IMG/VR virus record: IMGVR_UViG_3300020042_001672
Location: 1 to 32,415 of that record
DNA from: a virus
Lineage: Duplodnaviria; Caudoviricetes
Strand: one strand, 5' to 3'
DNA: 32,415 bases
The notes under the pieces were generated by a model. It did no database searches. It was not told the origin of the DNA and worked only from the letters and a program-made list of their open reading frames with translations. Position numbers and translations under genes: made by a program. Shown in pieces: positions 16,222 through 25,622 of this stretch. How positions within the stretch are numbered: the first letter of the stretch is position 1; every line of letters starts with the position of its first letter.

Positions 16222-17313
16222 CTATTCCTCAAATGAACGTAAAGGTTTTTTAGATGTGCTAGGTACGCTACTTTTTGTTATGTCAAATTCTGTAGACTTA
16301 GTTGTTGGGAATCCAAGAATTGTATTTTGATATGTTTTTAAAGCCTTAGATTTTCTTAACTCTTCAATAGATTTTTGAATGGCTGATGTTTGATCAAGAC
16401 CTTCATCTGTCATTAATTTATTTGCTCTAGATGCAACGGCTGTAGTAAGAACATCATTTTTTGTAGTAATGCCAGCATTATCTAATAAAATATTTACATT
16501 TTCTCTATCTGCTTTTGAAACAGTTTGTGGTGTTCTAACTTTATCTTGAGGTGCAATTTGACCACCAATTAAATTAATATTGCCACTTGAATTTACTTGA
16601 TATTTTTGACCACGAGATGTATCTAATCCAGCTTTAATTGCTTCATCATTTGTTAATGTTCTATATATGTCTTTAGGAGTTTCTTTACTTGGCATTGTTC
16701 CTGTTATTGGGTCATATTGACCTGTAGTAGCATTAAATTGCCATGTTGCAGCAGGATTAAGGTTATATCCTTTTTCGTTTAATGCCTTGACCTCATCTTT
16801 AGTTAATATGTTATACCCAGTTTTAACTGGAGCATAAAGTTTTTGCATATCTGTTTCAGCATTAAGTATTTTATTTGCAATATCAATAGATGCTGGGTCG
16901 CCAGTTTTATAAAGACCTTGTATAGTTTCTCTTGAAACAGGTTTGTTAGGGTCTAAAGATAATCCAGATAATATAGATTTAAGATTTGCTTCTTTAGCTT
17001 TTGTTGCCTTTATATCTTCAATTTTAGTTTTAGTCAAATAGTCTTGAGTAGCTTTATCATATACATCTTGAGACTGACCCATGCCAGTTAAAAATGCTTT
17101 ACCAAGATAAGGTAATGCAGAACCATAACGTTGATTTTTAGGTTGAGCAAGATATGTTATAGCTGTGCCTAATAGTCCAGACGTCAAAGCTCTTTGTGAT
17201 AATTTTTGTTGTTCAGACTCATTTAACAATCCTTCTTTACCAACAAGATAATCTGCGGGTCTAGCACCAAAGATGTTTGAGCCAGTTCCTAATATATCGT
17301 CATACCATGCCAT
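16222..17313 (-). CDS. Internal virion / DNA ejection protein
   Basis: Synteny; N-terminal hydrophobic Gly-rich segment; internal repeat. Confidence 0.55.
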   Translation of the reverse strand: MAWYDDILGTGSNIFGARPADYLVGKEGLLNESEQQKLSQRALTSGLLGTAITYLAQPKNQRYGSALPYLGKAFLTGMGQSQDVYDKATQDYLTKTKIEDIKATKAKEANLKSILSGLSLDPNKPVSRETIQGLYKTGDPASIDIANKILNAETDMQKLYAPVKTGYNILTKDEVKALNEKGYNLNPAATWQFNATTGQYDPITGTMPSKETPKDIYRTLTNDEAIKAGLDTSRGQKYQVNSSGNINLIGGQIAPQDKVRTPQTVSKADRENVNILLDNAGITTKNDVLTTAVASRANKLMTDEGLDQTSAIQKSIEELRKSKALKTYQNTILGFPTTKSTEFDITKSSVPSTSKKPLRSFEE

Positions 17314-17317
17314 AATA

Positions 17318-18118
17318 TTATCCTATCAATGATGTATAAAATTGACGTATTTTACGTTCATCTTCGTCATTTAATCTTGCTTTTGAAGCTATTTGTCCAA
17401 CTTTTCCAGCTGCAACTTCTTCTTTAGTTATACCATAAGATGGAGCTGCTACAATAGCTGATGATGGGTCAAATGGTTTTTGTTGAATTGGTTGAACACC
17501 ACTAGCAGGTTGAATAGGAGGAGTAGGTTGCATTGCTAATTCAACACCTTTAAGTCCCAAACCTAATTTATCAGATGTAGATAATCCGCCAAACATATCT
17601 TTTATGCCACCAAATAAACCACCATTAGGATTATATCCACCGCCTGTAAATCCTTCAGATGCACCTCTGCTAATATTTTCAAATTGAGGTCTATATACGT
17701 CTTGGATACCTTCTGCATAAGTTGAGGGCTGTGATGCAACTGTAGACATAGGCAGTTCAGTACCTTGAGTAACTAAATTTTGTGGCACATATTCGTTCAT
17801 AAATGATGTAGAAAGATTTGGTGCAACTGTTTCAGCTACTGCTGGCACAGCACTTGTTAGTGCATTAGGAATCACTTGACCACCAATGCCAGAAGCAAAT
17901 CCACCCGTACCCATACTTACTGGAGTAGTAGCAACACCTTGTAAATTAGATAATAAACCACCAGCATCACCTAATCCAAAGCCACTACCAAAGCCACCAG
18001 CACCACCAAATGCACCACCTGTAACACCACCAAGTAAAGCACCTGTAAATGGGCTTTTGCCCATAGCAGCAGAGCTTAAAGCACCTAAACCTGCACCAAT
18101 TAACATAGGAGGTCCCAT
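17318..18118 (-). CDS. Gly-rich pilot/ejection protein
   Basis: Hydrophobic Gly/Ala-rich N-terminus typical of membrane-penetrating ejection proteins; synteny. Confidence 0.55.
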   Translation of the reverse strand: MGPPMLIGAGLGALSSAAMGKSPFTGALLGGVTGGAFGGAGGFGSGFGLGDAGGLLSNLQGVATTPVSMGTGGFASGIGGQVIPNALTSAVPAVAETVAPNLSTSFMNEYVPQNLVTQGTELPMSTVASQPSTYAEGIQDVYRPQFENISRGASEGFTGGGYNPNGGLFGGIKDMFGGLSTSDKLGLGLKGVELAMQPTPPIQPASGVQPIQQKPFDPSSAIVAAPSYGITKEEVAAGKVGQIASKARLNDEDERKIRQFYTSLIG

Positions 18119-19236
18119 TATTTACCTACCTTACCTGCTACATAGCATAATGGCTCAATGATTGCACGATAGATACGACCTAGTGGATCTCTGCGTTTAC
18201 CACGCATTTCTTTCCATAAGTCTGCTGTTCTGTGTCTAGCAATATGTTCTGCAATTTTGCGTACAATATTGCGAGTCCATGTTGGTTTTGCATTAAACGC
18301 AAAGTTTACTATTGGAAGGCATAATCTGTGATAACCCTTCTCAATTTGTTTAGCGTTAGGCATTGTAGCTGAATGTTGTAACCAGATAGCTTGACGGAAT
18401 GAACCAAAGCCATAAGCCTCATTCATAGCGGTACATACTATCTTACCACCACCAGATTGAGTAGTAGTAGATACTGTGCCTGTAGGAGCACCATAAGCAG
18501 CACCAAGATAAGCAGAAAGTTTTTGATATGGTTTGTTTTGTTCAAAGTTAAATCTATCAATGTCAGCTTGTAGGGCTGTTTTAGAATAGTCTTCTTGAGC
18601 CTTGCCTACGTTCATAAGTTGTTGAATATCACCATAATCAGCTTGTGCTAATGCAGGTGCATTTGCCGCTGCTTGGTTTTGCATAGCACGTTCACCAGCA
18701 TAATTGCTGTAAGCTAACTCACCATACTTGTTAGCAAGTGTTGATGCTAAAGTATTAGCTGCTCTGTTTTGAATATCAGCACCTACGTTAGAACCATAAC
18801 GACCTGCCATAGATAAAGAGCCTTGTGCTTTAGCAATAGCGTCATTGTATGCTTGTGTAGCTTGTTGAGTAGGTCCAGCAAGAGCTTGTGTAAAGTATGG
18901 ATTACCAGCGTTTAAATAGTCACCTTGAATAGAACCTAATTGTTGTTGTTGAGCAGCAGGAAGTAATGGATTGCCACCTAATGCTCTATTTTGAGCATAC
19001 TCTAATGCTGATTGTGTTTGTTGTGATGGACCAACATAAGTTTGACCACCATAATATTGTGGGGTATCTGTTTTATAAAGATTTTGAGCTTCTTCAAGAC
19101 CATATTTAACAAATGGTTGTATTGTGGGGTCTAATTGGTTATTAGTTTGAGATGTACTGCCACCTCCACCGCCACCGCCTTTGTAAAAGGTAAAACTATC
19201 TACTAAATTAAATAGCCAGTTATTAAGATTAATCAT
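18118..19236 (-). CDS. Virion (pilot-like) protein with appended C-terminal 'KIVCTAM' domain
   Basis: KGGGGGG-STSQT N-terminus, Gln/Ala-rich body, 'DIDRFNFEQNKPY'; Gly linker followed by a basic ~105 aa domain. Confidence 0.6.
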   Translation of the reverse strand: MINLNNWLFNLVDSFTFYKGGGGGGGSTSQTNNQLDPTIQPFVKYGLEEAQNLYKTDTPQYYGGQTYVGPSQQTQSALEYAQNRALGGNPLLPAAQQQQLGSIQGDYLNAGNPYFTQALAGPTQQATQAYNDAIAKAQGSLSMAGRYGSNVGADIQNRAANTLASTLANKYGELAYSNYAGERAMQNQAAANAPALAQADYGDIQQLMNVGKAQEDYSKTALQADIDRFNFEQNKPYQKLSAYLGAAYGAPTGTVSTTTQSGGGKIVCTAMNEAYGFGSFRQAIWLQHSATMPNAKQIEKGYHRLCLPIVNFAFNAKPTWTRNIVRKIAEHIARHRTADLWKEMRGKRRDPLGRIYRAIIEPLCYVAGKVGK

Positions 19237-19643
19237 GTTATTTGTTTCTCCACTATAATATATCTGTTTTCAAATCCGTAAGCACGCTTCCAAAGCCTAG
19301 CTACTGCTTCAAAAGCTGCTCCCTGTATTTTTGTACCACCATTAACTTTAACCCATTGCTCAAATTCACCAAAGCCTTTTTTATCTGTTTTACCACCAAT
19401 AGCTGTTATAAATGCTACTCTGTCGTTAGGATAATTAATCCACTCTATAGTCATAGCACATTTAATTATTAAATCTTCTTCTGTACCTACACAAAGAACT
19501 TGCTTCCCTTGCGTAAGCAATACTTTAAGTTGGTCAAGGTCATATTCACCACCAGAATGAGCCATAGCTCTATCTAACATGATCTCTACTTTGTCCCATG
19601 TTTGTTGGATATGTGATGTAGGAACTACATAAAACTTTAACAC
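19233..19643 (-). CDS. GNAT-like virion morphogenesis protein, copy 2
   Basis: Size and position between nozzle and ejection genes; 'AFITAIGG...RLWKRAYGF'. Confidence 0.55.
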   Translation of the reverse strand: MLKFYVVPTSHIQQTWDKVEIMLDRAMAHSGGEYDLDQLKVLLTQGKQVLCVGTEEDLIIKCAMTIEWINYPNDRVAFITAIGGKTDKKGFGEFEQWVKVNGGTKIQGAAFEAVARLWKRAYGFENRYIIVEKQIT

Positions 19644-20026
19644 TCAAACCTCCATGTGTATGGTCTGAAACCCAATTTTGGTGCAATCTTTTCAAAGCCC
19701 TTACGGTAAGAACTGAATGTTATGTCTTTAGCATTAGACTTATGTGCTATTTCCGCTATCTCTGCTAAACCTTCTGACAGTATGTCATGTGACTGACTAT
19801 AAGCAGCCCATACATGAAGTGAGTTATTTATAAGTTGTGTTATAATGTAACCTATAAAGTAACCGTCTTTAATGCCTAGATATAGTTGAGCCTTGCCTAC
19901 CTTAATATCACAATAAGCATCTTCTGGAATCCAGTCACCACCTAGTTCAGCTATTTCACCTAAGCTTGGTTTAATCTGATTCCAAATTTGTTTTAATTCA
20001 TTAGGGTTGACGTATTTAAGTTTCAT
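19637..20026 (-). CDS. GNAT-like virion morphogenesis protein, copy 1 (probable start MKLKYV)
   Basis: TAATG coupling at 20026; 'LHVWAAYS...SYRKGFEKIAPKLGF'. Confidence 0.55.
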   Translation of the reverse strand: MKLKYVNPNELKQIWNQIKPSLGEIAELGGDWIPEDAYCDIKVGKAQLYLGIKDGYFIGYIITQLINNSLHVWAAYSQSHDILSEGLAEIAEIAHKSNAKDITFSSYRKGFEKIAPKLGFRPYTWRFEC

Positions 20027-20340
20027 TATCCTACTATTATATAACGATAATTCCTTGCAACACCATGACTTCCATGATGGACTGTGCAACTACCTTGTGC
20101 AAAGGTATCAAAATATATGTCTTTTAATTCTTGAGATGAATTATGATCTAATGGCATAAATACAATGACCGAGTTAAAGCCTATACGTTCATCAGTAAGT
20201 GTTGTAGTGGTTGTGCTAGTAGCTGTAACAAATTCACCTGTGTTATTAGACTTGCCTTCTATTAATCCATTTACAACTGTGCTAATATCTCTAGGCTCTG
20301 AACCTGTAGGGTTTAGCTTGCGGTACATATCACGAGCCAT
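20026..20340 (-). CDS. Small conserved virion/tail protein
   Basis: TAATG-coupled; 'GKSNNTG.F...TTTLTDERIG' ending in 'YIIVG'. Confidence 0.6.
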   Translation of the reverse strand: MARDMYRKLNPTGSEPRDISTVVNGLIEGKSNNTGEFVTATSTTTTTLTDERIGFNSVIVFMPLDHNSSQELKDIYFDTFAQGSCTVHHGSHGVARNYRYIIVG

Positions 20341-21761
20341 TATCTGCTCCCATTAGTAGTAGAGTCTACATCTACCCCTATACAATGTGTCCATGAGCCT
20401 GTAGGCACGACTTTAAGTCTATGATAACGACCATAAGACCTTAAAGGTACTCTGCCCTCTGCTGAAGCTGCAACACCTGTTGAGAATGTAATAGTGTCAT
20501 CTAGTTCACGTCTGGAAGCTACAGAAACTGTTGCAGAGCCATTATCTATTTGTGGTCTTGCTAATGTAACGACAGAGTTATAACCAAATTCTAATTCACC
20601 TACGACAAGAGAAGCTGTGGTACTAGCACCTGTAAAGGTGACTATTTTAGTGTTATCTATACCACCAAAAATAAACTTACCACCTGCCCAAAACCTATTA
20701 TCAAATGATGTAGTAATAGAGTCTACTGTACCATAAGCATCTAAACCTTCTAGGGTAATAGTAGTGCTTGCTAGAGAAGCTACATATTCTGTAGTGGTAT
20801 CAGCACTTGACCATTTTTTAACTAGCCAATTATAAATAAGAAGTGAACGACCACCTGAAGTATTAGGATAATTCCATACTACAATATTATTTACAGGGTC
20901 TACAGCAGAACTAATAGTATCTGATAAAGCAGTATTTAAAGTGCTGTAAAAGTATTCGTCTACCTTATCGTTACCAATATTATAGAGTTGTTGTCCATCA
21001 CAAGAATAGAAACCATCATCCGCTAGGAAGTATGTCATATTGCCATATTGTGTAATTGAGCCAGGTGAGTTACATCCTAAATTTCTACTGATTGCATCAA
21101 ACTGAAAGAATAAAGGACTACCAATATAGGACATTCTTACAATAGCTCGTTCTAATAAGACTAGACCAAACTCCCCACCTGTGATGCCAACTATGTTCCC
21201 GCCTTCGGCGATCAACTGATAGTCTGACTGACTTGCACCACCTGACACCCAATCAGTTTCATCATTAATGTCTGACCAGTTTACCTTGTTAGCTTCTGTA
21301 TCTATGTATGCTGCGACTACAAAGTCACGCACTACAGTTATAAATTTGGCTTTAGGTGCTGATGCTGATACATCTGCAAAAGCTGTAGATGTGCCTATAG
21401 TCCATGCTTGTATGACTTGGTTATTATTAGTGGCAAGTAAAGTTTCACCAAATTGTGTGAAAGCCCATCTATCAGAGCCAGTATAACCACCACTCTTACT
21501 TACATCAGAAAGAGCTAATGTTGTACCATTGTATTTAAATAATTTAGTAGCACCACCCGCAAAGAGTTCTGTAGATAATTGATATTTAGCGGCTACTACG
21601 TTATTAAGAGCCTCACTAGCAGCACTAGATAAGTCTGCTGATGCAGGAAATGGTGCGTATCCTACTGTGAGTGGATAGACGTTATTAGCCTCTAATAAAG
21701 CACCAGTCGTTGTAGGTTGGTCTGGTAACCATTCTGTAAATGCTACTCTTTGAATTGCCAT
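20340..21761 (-). CDS. Tail nozzle / packaged-DNA stabilisation protein (P22 gp10-like)
   Basis: 473 aa beta-propeller-like; 'EWLPDQP', 'WSDIND...W', 'LGC....SI'; synteny. Confidence 0.7.
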   Translation of the reverse strand: MAIQRVAFTEWLPDQPTTTGALLEANNVYPLTVGYAPFPASADLSSAASEALNNVVAAKYQLSTELFAGGATKLFKYNGTTLALSDVSKSGGYTGSDRWAFTQFGETLLATNNNQVIQAWTIGTSTAFADVSASAPKAKFITVVRDFVVAAYIDTEANKVNWSDINDETDWVSGGASQSDYQLIAEGGNIVGITGGEFGLVLLERAIVRMSYIGSPLFFQFDAISRNLGCNSPGSITQYGNMTYFLADDGFYSCDGQQLYNIGNDKVDEYFYSTLNTALSDTISSAVDPVNNIVVWNYPNTSGGRSLLIYNWLVKKWSSADTTTEYVASLASTTITLEGLDAYGTVDSITTSFDNRFWAGGKFIFGGIDNTKIVTFTGASTTASLVVGELEFGYNSVVTLARPQIDNGSATVSVASRRELDDTITFSTGVAASAEGRVPLRSYGRYHRLKVVPTGSWTHCIGVDVDSTTNGSR

Positions 21762-22222
21762 TACTCACCCCAGTTTTGTGCGTTTAATACCTCTATAAGA
21801 GCTTCTACAGTAGTTGATGATTTGATACCAACTTCTAATCTATTAGCCTCTGCAACGACTTGTGTGCGTTTTAGAGCTACTTCTGAAGGTACTTCTACAT
21901 TGCGTTCAGCTTTGCGGATAACATACCAGTCTGTAGCGTTAAGTAGTTTACCTGCTGTGTCTTTAACTTGAGCTACATATTGAGTTTTAAGTCCTTTAGT
22001 AGTAGAACCATCTTCCTCTATCTTATCTTCAAGAGCTTTAGGTAAGTTTGTGTCCCAGTAGAAACGATTGTCTACAGGTGTTGGGTCTGCTACCCATGTA
22101 ATACCAATAGCGTTCTTTTCTTCTTCTGTAGAAAGGTTTAAAAAGTTAGCTGGATATTTGTTTCCGTTAGCATCTGTAAAAGCTGTGCCTTCTGGAAGTC
22201 TGTTGCCGTTTAATAAAAACAT
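21761..22222 (-). CDS. Tail fibre assembly chaperone-like protein
   Basis: 'LLNATDWYVIRKAE...VPSEV...R' motif; directly after the fibre gene. Confidence 0.65.
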   Translation of the reverse strand: MFLLNGNRLPEGTAFTDANGNKYPANFLNLSTEEEKNAIGITWVADPTPVDNRFYWDTNLPKALEDKIEEDGSTTKGLKTQYVAQVKDTAGKLLNATDWYVIRKAERNVEVPSEVALKRTQVVAEANRLEVGIKSSTTVEALIEVLNAQNWGE

Positions 22223-22236
22223 ATTATTTTCCTTTG

Positions 22237-24684
22237 TTATCTTGCGTTAGCGTTTTTAAATGGGTTTTCTGCAAATGCCATAAATATAATAGTATTTCCA
22301 TTACCATTAAGTTCTGTTCCTATAGATGTTCTAATTTTAAATCCATTAGATACAAAGTCTACAGCAATATTAGCGTCTGTATATTCAGCACCTGAAGTAT
22401 TTGCAGATAACCATTGTGTCATTTTATTTTTTGTATCTCTTGCTGTATCCATAATTATCCAGTCTTGTGTTGTATTTGTATTTTTAAATAATACAAATTT
22501 AGGTCTAAAACCACAAAATACAAATGGACCATCACCATTTACACCATTACCTGTGTAAGAACCAAACTTACTAAACCCTGCTATTTCTGCCCAGCAATAG
22601 GCTACATAAGTTCCTGTGTTAGCATTTACTTCAGAGCTTGTTCCTATACTAAATACAGATGATGTTGGGTTAGTGTTATTCCAAATTGCAGAGTCTGTAT
22701 TAGATGCGTTAGTAAGATTTAGCAACATTCTATTGTTACCTGGATTTGCATTAGGTGTGGTAACTGCTGCATGATAAACCATCCAATTCTCTGTTCCACC
22801 ACCATTTCTGCGTTTAACAACTACCCATTTAGGTGCAACACCTAACCCATGTCCTACTGTTGCATTAGCACCTGTTCCTGTATAAGTCACAATACTAAAG
22901 CCAGCAGTTGTGCTTGCAGATACAGTAGATGTAATAGAGCCATTAGTGTTAGATGATGTTGAGCCTTGACCAGCTTGCCATTGCCAACCTACATAAGTAT
23001 CGCCATTAAGATTCCAGCCATAGTAAGCATCAACAATATCAGCACCCAATGTAAATCCATTGGAAGCAAAACCAACGCCTTGTGCATCATAAATTTCTGC
23101 ATTAGTTTGGTTTGATGAAAGTTGATACCCAGCACCACGAACAGAATCAGCTAAAATATGCCAAGTAGCAGCATTGCTACGAGATTTAACCCATACCAAA
23201 TCAGTTTTGAATGAACCTGCATTAGTTACTGTACGACTTGCACCATTGCCCGTATATAGCGTTGCATCCATCACAGTATTACCTTTTTTGATAGTGCTAT
23301 CAGGTAGGTTAAATGTGTTTAGTCTTACAAAGCCTGTAGGTGGTGTGTAAGCGAATGGGCGTTGTCCAGCATTAAAAGCAAATACAGAAGTTAAGCTACC
23401 TGTAGCAACAGCAGGTGACATTAAAGTTGATGTTGGAATATTTGTTGCTACTGCCCCTGTGCCTGACTCTGGAACAGCACTATTTTGCCATGTGCCATTT
23501 TTAGATACATAGAATTTTCCTGCATCACAGTCTAAACAAAAACCTAAAACATCATTAGTAGCATAAGTGGAAACAGTTGCTAAAGTTGAACCATTGTAAA
23601 TATTTCCAGTATTATTTTCCCATCTCCATCCAGCTGAGTCTGCTGCAAAGTCTGTAGAAGCAACAGTTGTATTTTGAACACCTATTCTAGCATAAGTACC
23701 ACTAGTCCAAATAACTTCCCAATACCATTTTCCACTAGATGGGTAAATAGTAGCTAATGCAGGAGTTTGGTTAGCAGTTGCACAAGAAACAGATAAATTT
23801 CCGTTTGTATAAGAAACAGATGCTGGTGCAGGCATTTTAAGCGGATTAAATGTAGCATAATTAGCCACAGTCGTACTTGTTAGCGTAGGACTGTCTATCA
23901 TAGCATCATAGGTTGTGCCAGCAGTTACAGATATGCCACTAGGTGTCCAGTTGTTTCCGTTACCTGAACTATCTTTACCTATAGCGGCAGCAGTTGCAGC
24001 AGATGTGTCAGCAAATGTTAGGTAGAAGCCATTAGTGCCATATGTGCTTGTGTATTTCTTTGGTATCCATGAGCCTGTAGTTGTAGATGTTTCACCGAAT
24101 GATGATGGTGTTAGTTGTTGAGCATTAACAAAATTAACTTCTGCCATGTAACCATCAAAGTAATTTGCGTTTGGTATTTCAACACCAATATATGTATCAG
24201 CGGTTGTATTAAAATCAAGATTTGTATTTTGTGATGGATATGTTGCTGTGCTAAACGCAGTTATTTCAGTTCCATTAACATAAAATTTAATTCTATTTGC
24301 TGCGGTTGCTTGAGTAGTATCTACAGCTAAAACTATATGATACCAAGCAGAAGGGTCACGAAATACTTGAGTTGTATTTAATAATGCAGTTGTAACTGAA
24401 GATGAATTTCTTGCGAAAAATTGTAATACATCTCCACTTGAAAATACCAATCTTCCAAATGCAGCATTGCTTCCTGTTCTACAAACAATAATTGCTTGTT
24501 CAGAAGATAATTGACCACGCTTTACCCATCCAGACCAAGTAAATATTTGTTGATTGCCATTACTTGCTGGAGTTCTTGATAGATAAGCAGATGCACTACT
24601 TCTAAAGCGAAGTGAGTTATTTATGTTATATCCTGTTGCTTGTCCACTAGAACCTGCTAATATATTTGAGCCAATAATTGACAT
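22237..24684 (-). CDS. Tail fibre / receptor-binding protein with ConA-like (LamG) and SPRY-like domains
   Basis: 'SLRF...TWSGWVKRG...FRDPSAWYHIV', 'SGKWYWEV', repeated 'YTGNG/YTGTG' modules. Confidence 0.8.
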   Translation of the reverse strand: MSIIGSNILAGSSGQATGYNINNSLRFRSSASAYLSRTPASNGNQQIFTWSGWVKRGQLSSEQAIIVCRTGSNAAFGRLVFSSGDVLQFFARNSSSVTTALLNTTQVFRDPSAWYHIVLAVDTTQATAANRIKFYVNGTEITAFSTATYPSQNTNLDFNTTADTYIGVEIPNANYFDGYMAEVNFVNAQQLTPSSFGETSTTTGSWIPKKYTSTYGTNGFYLTFADTSAATAAAIGKDSSGNGNNWTPSGISVTAGTTYDAMIDSPTLTSTTVANYATFNPLKMPAPASVSYTNGNLSVSCATANQTPALATIYPSSGKWYWEVIWTSGTYARIGVQNTTVASTDFAADSAGWRWENNTGNIYNGSTLATVSTYATNDVLGFCLDCDAGKFYVSKNGTWQNSAVPESGTGAVATNIPTSTLMSPAVATGSLTSVFAFNAGQRPFAYTPPTGFVRLNTFNLPDSTIKKGNTVMDATLYTGNGASRTVTNAGSFKTDLVWVKSRSNAATWHILADSVRGAGYQLSSNQTNAEIYDAQGVGFASNGFTLGADIVDAYYGWNLNGDTYVGWQWQAGQGSTSSNTNGSITSTVSASTTAGFSIVTYTGTGANATVGHGLGVAPKWVVVKRRNGGGTENWMVYHAAVTTPNANPGNNRMLLNLTNASNTDSAIWNNTNPTSSVFSIGTSSEVNANTGTYVAYCWAEIAGFSKFGSYTGNGVNGDGPFVFCGFRPKFVLFKNTNTTQDWIIMDTARDTKNKMTQWLSANTSGAEYTDANIAVDFVSNGFKIRTSIGTELNGNGNTIIFMAFAENPFKNANAR

Positions 24685-24693
24685 TCGTAATCC

Positions 24694-25608
24694 TTAACTA
24701 TAATTAGCGGTAAATACTGCATGGATAGAAGTAGCAGTTCTGACTACATAGTCTATGCGATCTATAGCAGAAGCAGCAGTTGATAATGTAGGTGCTGTGC
24801 CACCAGCAAAGTCCCAGTTAGTGCCATAAGCTAGTGTGCGTGAGCCTGTGCCATCTTGTGATACAAAGATAGAACCACTTTGTCCAGCAGTAATGTTAGT
24901 AGGATTAGCTAAAGTTCTATTGCCACCGAGTGTAACTGAATAATTATTAGTCACAGCAAAGTCAGGTGTAATAGTAGCACCATCTGTTAAGACAGTAATT
25001 GTGCCTCGTTGTGAAGCTGTAAATGTTTGTGCAGTATTAAGAAAAGCTGTGTTTGCACTATACGCTTGCACATCTGTACCAATCACTAAACCTAGTGATG
25101 TTCTAGCACCTGCCGCAGTTGAAGCTGCTGTGCCACCTTGAGCCACAGGTACTGTGCTAGTGAAGCCTTGAATATCAGCATCCCAAGAAGCAGCAGTTGT
25201 GCCTGTAATTAAGATACAAGTGCAAACTGTTGTAATGCCTGCTGGGACAGTAGCCACTAGGTTTCCACCTGATGAGTTTACTGTAATAGCACCTGACGAG
25301 TTATTATGTATCTCGTAGCGTTGTCCAGTTGATAAGGTAGTGACTACAGGTAATACAACTGTTTGTGTGGTAGAGCCTGTAAAGAATTGTAATAGTGTGC
25401 TAGATGCAGTAAGTGTAGTTGTACCTGCCGCAGTTGCTGTAGTGGTATAGGCTTGTGTAGATGTATAGTCTACAGCTAGGTGAGCCATTAGGGAACGTAT
25501 AGCGTTGTTTATCCCTGAAGGTGCACAACCCTCATTAATATCGGTGCTATCAATATCCGTATTACTTGCAGCGGTTGTTGAATATTCTGAAATTTTTGTC
25601 TTTGCCAT
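24694..25608 (-). CDS. Tail fibre protein (proximal/anchor)
   Basis: 'INEGCAPSGINNAIRSLMA' anchor, 'VAQGGTAASTAAGARTSLG', 'QDGTGSRTL..G..W.FAGG' fibre motifs. Confidence 0.75.
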   Translation of the reverse strand: MAKTKISEYSTTAASNTDIDSTDINEGCAPSGINNAIRSLMAHLAVDYTSTQAYTTTATAAGTTTLTASSTLLQFFTGSTTQTVVLPVVTTLSTGQRYEIHNNSSGAITVNSSGGNLVATVPAGITTVCTCILITGTTAASWDADIQGFTSTVPVAQGGTAASTAAGARTSLGLVIGTDVQAYSANTAFLNTAQTFTASQRGTITVLTDGATITPDFAVTNNYSVTLGGNRTLANPTNITAGQSGSIFVSQDGTGSRTLAYGTNWDFAGGTAPTLSTAASAIDRIDYVVRTATSIHAVFTANYS

Positions 25609-25622
25609 GTTGAGTCCTTAAT

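Noticed and set aside
22237-24684. Possible diversity-generating retroelement target in the tail fibre
   Set aside because: No reverse transcriptase and no TR/VR near-duplicate seen in the window.
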